NCBI GenBank assembly: GCA_000934665.2
Contig: KZ538351.1
Coordinates: 1 to 64,000 of the forward strand
Source of the DNA: Catajapyx aquilonaris
Taxonomy: Eukaryota
Reading direction: 5' to 3'
DNA: 64,000 nucleotides
Within the stretch, counting starts at the first letter, position 1. Every line of letters begins with the position of its first letter. A program made the translations under genes and the position numbers. Of the stretch, positions 54,012-64,000 are shown piece after piece. The notes under the pieces were generated by a model, which saw only the letters and a list, made by a program, of their open reading frames with translations, ran no database searches and had not been told where the DNA came from.

Positions 54012-55354
54012 GTCCCCCCCCCTCCCCATGAGTCTATAAGTGGTGTGCTATTTGGATGAAATTTTAGTCAAACTATCTATGTCTCTTTCAACTCTTTAAA
54101 AAGGACACGTTGTAGATATTTGCCATAAGTACTCTTCTCGAATGATGTATGTGTATTGTTTCACTTTTTTTTATATAGCTTCCCCCCCCCCNCCCCCCGA
54201 CCCAACATTGTTGAATCCATGTTTGTTTTAGGCATAGTTGATACCATGTATCACACCTGCTTTTGTACATAACAGGACTGCAAGGTGTAGATTCCCGAAG
54301 AACAAAACTGGGTTTTTGGACGAACAAAACAACTTTAAAAAAAAAAAATATTTCCCACGAGCAATTGCATGCTTTTTCTTCTCGTCATGATTTTTATTAT
54401 TATTTTTAATGAACCAAATGCGTGTCGAATCTGTGTACATTTTCAAGCCTATTTCCTCACAACCATGCAATCATTATTTTGTGTCTTTGAGTTTTTTTAA
54501 AAAAAGGAAAGCTGCTGTCTTTGGCTAAACCCGTTTTCAAACCATTTGTGTATAACTTGTTTTTGTTATGAAGAATGATGGTGTGGAGAATTTTATTTCC
54601 CTCACTATAGAATGAATGTAAATTTTTGCTAGAAAAAAAACAAATAATGCATATATGACATGTCGATCCAACCCGTTGTTATTTACCACCCTTTTGCTGA
54701 CATCTGCGGAAGTTCACTTGCAACACTTTTATGGAGAAATTATGCTAGTTTTTTTTTTAATTGGCTTGTTTGAATGGGAAAAATTATGCTAGTAATGTAG
54801 TTTCAGACTTTTTCAAGTACTTTGATCACATTGATTTTTTTGCAGTGCTCGACCATTACATTTTTTTGAAGTAGGCGCTACCCATCTCCTGCTCCTGGCC
54901 ACCCTGCTATATATATATATAAAAAATCCTGTCCCGAACCTGGCAACCCCGTGCAAATGTTGCCGCCGCTCACCTCAACACGTTTTTGCGCCCAAGTTTT
55001 TGCTCCCCAAGTGACGTGTACACCAAACTTCCATCTCCTGCAAAAGGCTGAAGGTACTGTGAATCTTTTCTCCTCCATTTCTTTTTGGGAGTACATAACG
55101 GGTCCTATGGGGGAGGAGGGTCTCAGGGGGAATTGAAAAACCAGCATTTTTCGGGGAGGGTTGGTCCACCCCTTTTGTAAGCAACCTTGAACATCTGGAC
55201 CCCACTACAGCTGCCCTCCCATGAAAATTGGGAGGGCCTTGAACAAAAATTTTCTTCCTCCTCAAAAATGCAGAGTCAGGCCACTTTGATGGTAATGACT
55301 ATTCGTACATAGTGTTGCTCTTTTTTTAGTATCACATATTGTGAGTCTGTTTGA

Positions 55355-55504
55355 CTCCCAATCTGACTGATTGCACGCCATTTGTTTGCGCTCGAGTGTG
55401 GCACCGATTGGATAGAGTGCTCAAAGCCAACACCTGCGGTCAGTTCAGTGTTGGACAGCCTGTGTGCAACTAGCTATGGATTATTATGTGACGCATTGGT
55501 GAGT
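55355..55504 (+). promoter_or_regulatory. Candidate promoter and non-coding first exon of the SLC4 gene
   Basis: CCAAT (~55358) and ATTGG (~55406) boxes, an arthropod-type initiator TCAGTT at 55440-55445 and a consensus donor gtgagt at 55499. A matching strong acceptor (ctctctctgtag|) lies at 58317, upstream of the SLC4 ATG. Motif-only evidence. Confidence 0.35.
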
Positions 55505-57065
55505 ACACAATAATGTTTATCAGAAATCGTTGCAGAAATAGGTGTTATTCCCCCTCCAATTACTTCACAAGTACCGGTGTAAAGTCCAACCAGTAATGGT
55601 CTGTGGCGGTGACGTTTCCGAGTGATGGAAAAAGGTGGCAAAATATTTCAGGAATTCAAAACCACCTCGTTATCTCGCCTTGTTTTGACGTCACACTGGC
55701 CGCATAAACAGGGACGGGCCCGCACTTGTCACAAAACCGCAAAAAAAATATATAACTACAACCAAGATTGATTGCGTGACTTCTACTAGAGAGGCGGTTA
55801 GAAGCTTGTAGTTGTGTTATTTCTAGTGCAGGAAATGCGCGAGTGAGCACGTGTCTTGTTGGCCTGCTGACACTGAGAAGGACGAGAATAATTTAAAAGA
55901 AACATCAGGTGAGTTAATAATACAGGGTGATGTATTGCCCAAAGTTCATTAAATTGTTGAGTCTCTTTACGACGGTTGCTGTGGGCGAACAATCCAAACA
56001 GCTGTTTCATGGAAATAATAATGTGCCAATAAGCAATTTAACACATGCGAGCCAATGGTAGGAAGTAAATCAGCATAAGGTGGTTAAATTGTAATTAATC
56101 ATTGAAGTTGACGAAATTGCATAACGTTACAATAATGTAATGTAGCACCTAATATGTGAGAAAAAATTTTAAATCCTTCCCGTCCTATATATAGGCCGCC
56201 AGGAACTAATGGGTTAATAACTCGACTGGTATTAATTAAATTTCGCGACGTGTACGTTGCACTAACATCGCCTTTTCTTAAAACTTTGTGCGAAATTTTG
56301 GCGATCACATTGTGCAGCTCAAGGCCAAGTGGTGTGGTGACCATATTACCTGCGACATGCGGCTGAGTAAACAGGTACCTCCGGAACGTATCTCGAATCA
56401 GGCCAAAACGTCTCATCAATATTCATTGGCGAATAAATCGCTTGCCCTTAACGTATAGTGTTTTTCGCACATATTTTTTTAGCGCGTACGTGATTCTTTA
56501 CACGGGCTGTTACACCACACATATTTTACCTGGATAGTTAAAATCGCCAAAGCGTCTATTGTGTGCTTGTGCAGAATTCGCGAATTTATTATTTACTATT
56601 TTTTTCATGGCCGTTACGATTTTTGCGGCCCGTTTTGCTAAGGGAAATATAGCATTTCCTCTATTATTTTCTCCACGTACACTGTGACGAAACTGATAAG
56701 AAGGCGCATGGAATGACTCAGTGTATAAGCCACTTTGCGATTGTGCATGCCGCCAGTACTCGCAAAAAAAATTTCGCAAAGAAACAAAAGAAACCAGAGG
56801 TTTGCATTCCTCGCAAATTGTAGCTTGGAAGCTGCTTGGTGACCATTTTTGGGCCCGGTTTTTGCGACGTGATTATTTGCAAAAATTACAAGGCTAATTA
56901 TCTGGCATTTGGCGACCTGATTTTTTGCGATATTCTACTGCACGTGTCTTTTTGCCATTATTATCGGATCTGCACAAGGCAAACAAGGTATGGCCCTTCC
57001 TTTCATGTTTCATATTGGCTGAAATTTTGCAATTTGGTTGCACATACAAGTTGTTTTAACATTAA

Positions 57066-57850
57066 GGGTGGCATTTGCGTCCCACTGCTAGTTACTGCTA
57101 ACTAACTAACTGCTAACTTAGCAGTACTGCTATCTAGCGAACTGCTAACTAGCTAACTGCTAACTTAGCAGTAGGCCTACTGCCTAGCGAACTGCTAACT
57201 AAGCAATACTGCTAACTAGCTAACTGCTAACTTATCAACACTACTAACTTAGCAGTAGGCCTACTGCCTAGCGAACTGCTAACTAAGCAATACTGCTAAC
57301 TAGCTAACTGCTAACTTATCAACACTACTAACTTAGCAGTAGGCCTACTGCCTAGCGAACTGCTAACTAAGCAATACTGCTAACTAGCTAACTGCTAACT
57401 TAGCAGCACTACTAACTTAGCAGTAGGCCAACTGCTAACTAGCCAACTGCTAACTAGCTAACTGCTAACTTAGCAGCACTACTAACTTAGCAGTAGGCCA
57501 ACTGCTAACTAGCCAACTGCTAACTAGCTAACTGCTAACTAAGCAGTACCGCTGACTAATTACTGCTAACTCAGTAGCAGTACTGCTATCTAGCGAACTG
57601 CTAACTAAGCAATACTGCTAAATAGCTAACTGCTAACTAAGCAATACTGCTAACTTAGCAGCACTACTAACTTAGCAGTAGGCCTACTGCTAACTAGCTA
57701 TATAACTGCTAACTTAGCAGCACTCCTGACTAGCTAACTGCTAACTAGCTATATAACTGCTAACTTAGCAGCACTCCTGACTAGCTAACTGCTAACTTAG
57801 CTGTACTGCCAACTAATTGTTTAGCTATCAGTGGGACGAAAATTCCGCCC
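57066..57850. mobile_element. Non-autonomous TIR DNA transposon (MITE-like) carrying an internal minisatellite
   Basis: 57061-57094 ATTAAGGGTGGCATTTGCGTCCCACTGCTAGTTA matches the reverse complement of 57822-57855 at 28/34 positions, with a perfect CGTCCCACTG/CAGTGGGACG core. No transposase ORF. Flanking trinucleotides TAA/TGA are an imperfect possible target-site duplication. Confidence 0.7.
57084..57815. repeat. Complex tandem repeat built from ACTGCTAACT/TAGC units, with 84-bp, 70-bp and 51-bp higher-order periods
   Basis: TAGGCC recurs at 57172, 57256, 57340, 57424 (period 84), then 57494 (70). TATAACTGC occurs at 57701 and 57752 (51). Confidence 0.95.
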
Positions 57851-58527
57851 TGAATTTATTAATAACTGGTTACATCAGCTCAAATTCAACTCTGAAGTTA
57901 GTCATAGTTATGAAGTAGTCTGGCGTAATGTTTTTGCGAATCTCCATATCATTGCGAATTTATTTACACACGAATCATTTGAGGGTAACGCTCTCTTAAC
58001 GGCGCAGCATCGCGTGTAACCTTGAGCACACAGGTGGGCTTACCCAATCATCGCCAATTTTTTGAGCAAAAAAAAAATAAAATAAATAATCCATCTGGCA
58101 GATTGCCATAAAACCAGAACCTACCCCACGAATCATACTCGGTTCTTTGCAAATGGTTTAAAACATTCATGTATACGATTAAAGTTGCATTTGTTTTTGC
58201 AACTCTTGCACCCCCTCGATTGGTAATGAAGTCATAAATATTTACAACAGGTGTGTCCAATCCTCTCGTTTGTTTTTTTCCCCCCCTCTCTCGTTTAATT
58301 GTATTCTCTCTCTGTAGGCTTGTGATGGATCCCGACTTGTCCTCGAGCAGGTTCGACGCCTGATGCTTCAACAAAAGCCACGTGTACCGCTCTTGTCTAT
58401 AGTGTGTACGTGTGTAGTTTACCGCTAGATAAAGCCTGTGTCGGGTGAGGCCCAAGAGCTCAGATGGAAAACTGAAGAAATTTTTTGGCCCGCGCGGATT
58501 CTTCCCCCCCAAAAAACAACAACAACA

Positions 58528-61500
58528 ATGGATTTCTTCAAAGACAAACAGGTGAGTTTTTGTTGCATGTATAACATTTTCAGGTGCGTGTCAAGGGCAT
58601 TAGATTAGATACTGCGAGTTTGCAAACAGGCGTCGCCAATTGTTGACATTGGCGGCAACAGGGCGATGACTGTCAACAGCAGCAACTATTGTGTGCGGAT
58701 AAAATTTGCTGTAAAATTGGGGATGAAATATTATTCTGTTGGCTGAATTTTTGCGAGTGTGCACTCGATGGCAGCACAATGTAACATACCGTGTATGACG
58801 CTGTCGTTTACGTAACTTTGGCAATGTGGCACTGATTTGTACGCGTAATTACTGCTATAGTTGCGAAAATTAGGGCACATGTCATTGCTTGATATGCAAT
58901 ACAAAGGCTCTCTTGTCCAATTTGTCGTGTAATATAAATAATCTGCTGTGTAGCTCATAGAGTAAATATATACCACTACACGCTACTAAATTATGGTACT
59001 TAAAATAAGCTAGTTAATTAAATAACTTGCTCCATTTTAGGAAAAGTATTGTTACAAGGCGAATGTTTTTTTTAAACGCGGCCACATTACGTGCCATAAT
59101 TTTTTTACGATATCGTAAATATGCTGAAACATATGGCAGCTCATAAACAGCGGAGATAATTGCTTTAATCACCAGAGTATGTAGGGCAAGACTTTTCGGA
59201 GTATGTGTACTGTAAGGAGCCGGGATAATAAAAAGACCTTGACGTGTGTACACATGCTCAGATTTTTTTTGGCGTTGAAACTTTTTTAGCTGGTTGGATG
59301 ATTTTTGTCCTTTACTGGTTCATCAGCTGGCCAGGGTATTCTTGCAAGGCAAAAAGGCGAATCGTCCTTGAATTGTCGAATAAGGAGTTGCGCATCACGA
59401 TTTAATGCCAACCCACATTCCTCGCGTGTATGAGGCTTGCTGGACTCTCTCGATGTATTCAGAGAGAACCCCTTTACCGAACTATGCATCGGGATCAAAT
59501 ATCCGGTGGTGATGATGATGCTCGAATTTCTCAAGGACTTTTTCGCATATGTAGCATACCACATGGCTTACATTTGATTATAGTAAAATAACAGGCACGT
59601 TGCGGATTGTCCGCATGTCTCCGGGGGAGCCATTACTGAACTTGTTGATGAAGGTCTAGGCCCGGAATTGCAACGATTTGCAGACGGTGCACGACAAGGG
59701 AAAGAGACTTGTCGCACGTTCATAATTGAACAGAATTATCGACGAATCTCGGTTCAGAAAAGACGGCTACTGTTACGTATACATTCAGCAAGTTTATGCG
59801 CTGAAAAAAAATTTGTTGGCTCAATGAACGACGTTTGGTGCTAATTTTTGGTCGATTTTCACTCTGTTGAGAGAGAGGAGAAAAAAAATCCACTTTTTTC
59901 CCGATAATAGGAAATGAAGTTCATTTTTCTCCTAATAGGCTTATTCTCTCCGTCGGATGTTTGTCCGACCTCATAGTACCGCTATCTCTCGCACGACCTG
60001 AAGGTGGCAGGAGTGTACAGACCGAGTCTGCGCCACCTATGCGTGAAGTACTATGTGGTAAATCGGCAGGCTATTGTCATTGTCACTGTCATACTGATTA
60101 TCGGGTTTGCCAAATTTTGGCAACTGGTTCACTTTAGTGTGCGTGTGCACTAATTATGTAAACACCGTACAGACATCGAATGAGTGCCACTCTTTCGAAA
60201 TCTTCCAAGGTAATGTCCGGTTATTAAAGACATTGCGAATAATAGGTTGAGTGACATTTGATCCGACTCGAAGGGATCATACATTTCCTGCTCGTAATCA
60301 ATTTTTCCATTTCAATTATTCAACTCCTGCGACATACCGTCTAATTAATGGCATGCGGGAACATGTGTTACCTGAGTGATGTTGTCCAGTTCGCTTGTTC
60401 TGGCTTTCATCGCTTCATTAAAAGTAACATCCGTAGTAAGTTGCACGTCCGGATTTAATGAAGTTAGAAGAATAGTTGACGTGTACAAGTCTATAGAATC
60501 CGTAGTCTCAAGGGGTGGGGGTGAGGGGGGGCTGGTTCACTAAAGGGTATTGATGGAGGGGGGCACCATTTGGAAAAACAGCTCAGTTGGACTCTAGTTT
60601 CCTATAGCTAGTCACGAGGATAGACCAGCAAGGAAAGGGGCGTCGATTTTTTTTTAAAAAAATATCGGGTATGTTATTCCGCTTCTATGTTTACATCACG
60701 CTTGGAATTCAGAGTCAGGCGTCTAACTTTACACGCGTATTGATGTCAGTAAGTTCTTCTGTCCCATTGTTTTTCCCTAGAATTGTCTCCTGGATTCCTT
60801 TTTGTTTGTGAAAGAAACAAATGGTGGCTATTGATGACTTTTTCGAATTCCAGGAGAAATTGCACAGAGATTGTTAACCTCAGCTTCTCCGGTTGATGGG
60901 TTCAACAATCCGTTCAGTGTACACCACGACCTGTGTATATGAAATAGTTGCCAAAAAAAAACGTAAGAGAATCGATTGATATAGGGGTAATTCCAGGCGG
61001 TCAATCCCGCGCGATGATAAGCTAATATTGCTTAGCTCTAGGAAATGATAGGGGACGTTCATTGTTCCAGCAGCAGGTGTGGTATCTTATCGGCCCGATT
61101 GGGTTATGATATTTAAGCAATACTATTGATAGACCCCCTTATGTTGGGAAATGAGGTGTATGAGCCGACTGATAACATAAAATGTCGCGTATCAGGTGAA
61201 AATGTGCGATAAGATGGGCTTTTCCGCACCTTCTATATAGCCCATTTTTAAATCGAGCCTCTCAGTGTCGAGTACTTGTTTTTATTTTAAATTGGTGGAG
61301 CGGACAAGTGAAGAATCTTTGCCGCATTTCCTTGGGCCATATCGGATTGTTGTTTAGTGCAAGGAGGAAGGATGTGAGCTAGACTGGTGTTTATTTACAA
61401 CCCCCAGATGATAAGCGAGCGCTCTTTTTTTTCCTTTCGAAACATTCAGTGTCCTGTGCTTGGTGATGGGGCAGATGTCCAGCAGCGACCTAGAGGTATT

Positions 61501-64000
61501 TTCCACTTTACTTGTCACAGAGTGTACCCAATCCAGTGCGACACATGTTTTCATAAATCAATCGCCGAATTGAGCATCATCGACTGGTAAATGACTTTCC
61601 AAGGATTCCAGGCAGAAAACAGATCGTCATAGCGACAGTGAAGATGCGGGGTTAAAAAAAATAAGACGGGGAGTGACGTCAAAAAATGTTCGATCCTGTT
61701 TGGTTGAGTTCTGCTGACAAAACCTCATTTGGCAGGCCGACACACATGAGACACCGTCGTCGCAGCTGGGCACCACCTTAGATGAGGAGATGGAGAAGGT
61801 GTTTGCCAGTCCGGAGGTCAAAGGTTTCGACGTGGCCCAGCTGTCCGGTGGAGGTCAAGAAGGTCCAGCCAGTGAGAGACGGAGATTCGGCGAAAAGGAC
61901 TACGTGTCACACCGGAAGGAGAGTTTCCCCCATTCGCACCACCCATTAAAACCTTTGAGGTCCAGCCGGAAGAGGCTGGCATCTCCCAAGTTGTCCGACA
62001 GCGAAGGTACCGAGTCTGGAGATGGAGGCATCGCCGCATCTTCGTTGTCACCGCAACAGGTACGTAAAATATTCAAAATGGGTCGCAAAAAATTGATTTT
62101 ATGACTGTCGAAGCATGCTGATTGATTAGTTTTTTTTATCCACTGCCAGCTTTTACTAACCGCCCGTTAACGAGTTTCATCAAAAAAACATTTTTAGAGT
62201 GCATACCAAGTTCAACGAAACAGTAGTTGACCCTTGAAGTAATTGGAGCAAACGACAAAGTGCGACAAAAATGTACGTCCGGATCCATTGTTTACTTCCG
62301 TTGCTTTCTTCGGAATTTGCAGGCGTAATGAGACAATGCGTATTGTTCACCTTTACTTGGTATGAACTTTGCGGTATGCGCCAAAGTACGCGTACCGAAC
62401 CTTTTTTTCTGTTTAGTCTGATTCTGGATCTGGAGGAATAAGCATGGTCGTGGCCATCACTGTGCGTGCGTGTGTGTGTCCTGCTGACCTGAGAGGTCAC
62501 TAATTTGCGGATATTTTTTTCAGTCACCGGAGACGACCCCGAGTCATGCCCCGGAATGGTCATCGCCTGAACCGGATGAATCTCAGGATGCTGAGGAATC
62601 TGAATCCTCTCCCTTGTTGGTCCAGCAGCAACAGCCAGTTGTCAGCCCCAGGTAAAGCCCGATCGCGTTTCGATCGCGTCCAAATGTTGACCTGTTGTGT
62701 CCCAACAGCAGCATCTTGAAGCCGTCTGGATCGGCTGTTGTTGTCCAGCTGGCGTCTGGAGAAGAGGATGACGAAGATGTGTTTTCGCTGGAGATGCCTG
62801 AGAGTCCGACCAAAAGGGTGCAGTTCCAGGTGGGGGCAGAGGCTCCTGGAGAGGGCGAAGGTCACCCGCACAAGAAGCGGCATGGAAGGCACCACCATCA
62901 CCATCACGGGCATCACCACCATCACCATCATCACCACTGGAGGGACAAAGCGGAGGACCCCCAGTCCAGGGTGAGGCTTGGGTCAGAGTTGGGCGATGGT
63001 GACCTCAACAAGAGGGTGGCCACAGAGGAAGAGGAAGCTGCAATGCTCGAGGGTTACGACCTCGACGACCTCGCCAGTAAGTGACGTTAGCTGATTACGC
63101 AATTTCTCACAGAAAATTACGAGGTAATTAGTAGCATGGCGTGCTGTGCCTTGTTTTGCTCCCGATGGAAATCTACAGTTCATTGATTTAAAAAAAGTTA
63201 CGTCATTGAATGATATATCGTTAGATTACATGCGACTGTCGGCCAGGGTATTAACTTTGTTATCAGTTATCTAATTAAAATGATGAATTTTTTTAAATGA
63301 GCGCAACAAAGTGCGCACCTCAGTTCGCGCAGCTTGTACGTTTGGCATTATCAATATATCTGGTAAGCTCTCTGTATAATAGGTGTACTTATTCGCTGCA
63401 TTTCTTTCCAACGCTACGATTGGGGAAAGGGGACAAAATGGTCGACGTTTGCGACGTTGCCAATGCCGTTTCTGGTCAGTCGTGGGACCGAGGCTCAAAT
63501 CGTGAATTATTTCCTAGGGAGTAACTCTGGCAACGTTTGTCGGAACATTGGAACTGCGCGAATGTGGATGCGCACTAGGTTGTAGGCCAAACAATGATAG
63601 AATGCAATTTGTCCAGGTCACCGTTTCGAGGATGCCAAAGGTCTTCGTCGTCCTCGGTTCTTCCCGCACCATCGAAGCAGTGCCACCGGTGCGACAGTCC
63701 TGCGTGACCTGTCCCCTCGGAGGGTGTCCAGAAAGGGCGTCCCGGGGGCTGTCCCGGTCCGTATGTGGGACAGAAAGCCGCATGAGATGCTGGTTGAGTT
63801 GGACGAACTTCTGGGTGATGAAGAGAGTCGGCAGTGGAGGGAGACAGGACGATGGATCAAGTACGAGGAGGACCTGGAGGAAGGTGCGCATCGATGGGGG
63901 AAACCACATGTGGCCACTCTCAGCTTCCACTCGCTGCTGAACCTGAGGAGGCTGCTGGAGGCTGGAGTGATGCTGCTGGACCTGGAGGAGAAGGATCTGG
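58528..64000 (+). CDS. Ae2: SLC4 anion exchanger (AE2/band 3-like Cl-/HCO3- exchanger), N-terminal part, truncated by the window end. Exons: 58528-58551, 61736-62059, 62524-62651, 62709-63076, 63617->64000
   Basis: The last exon (absent from the ORF track) reads SHRFEDAKGLRR...RKPHEMLVELDELL...QWRETGRWIKYEEDLEEGAHRWGKPHVATLSFHSLLNLRRLLEAGVMLLDLEEKDL, the band 3 cytoplasmic domain signature of the AE1-3 type. Upstream exons are phase-consistent GT-AG (LDEEMEKVF, KRVQF, His tract). The first coding exon MDFFKDKQ|gtgagt is less certain. Confidence 0.92.

Noticed and set aside
57084..57815. CRISPR-like appearance of the palindromic repeat array
   Set aside because: No unique spacers (the intervening sequence is itself repeated), no cas genes, and a spliceosomal eukaryotic context.

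Overview
Eukaryotic genomic DNA from an invertebrate draft assembly, probably an arthropod (GT-AG introns, many 55-75 bp long; N gaps). Two spliced genes lie on the + strand. (1) DIP2 (disco-interacting protein 2: DMAP1-binding domain plus two FAAL-like adenylate-forming domains): I traced 19 phase-consistent coding exons from 38120 to the stop at 52882. I did not find the canonical first exon, which probably lies upstream of the window, so 1-38 kb would be a huge first intron. That region holds several ATG-initiated exons with phase-1 donors that could act as alternative first exons, including a 393-codon one at 16812-17991. DIP2 also has a duplicated exon pair, both ending in RYHS. (2) The 5' part of an SLC4 anion exchanger (AE2/band 3-like) runs from 58528 off the window end. 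Between the genes is a ~790 bp element with terminal inverted repeats, filled by a palindromic minisatellite. A 414 bp duplication around a single N is probably an assembly artefact. Most short ORFs in the track are intronic noise. I see no prokaryote-type system, CRISPR array, rRNA or tRNA. The most novel-looking signals are the DIP2 isoform architecture and the satellite-bearing element; these are inferred from sequence only.
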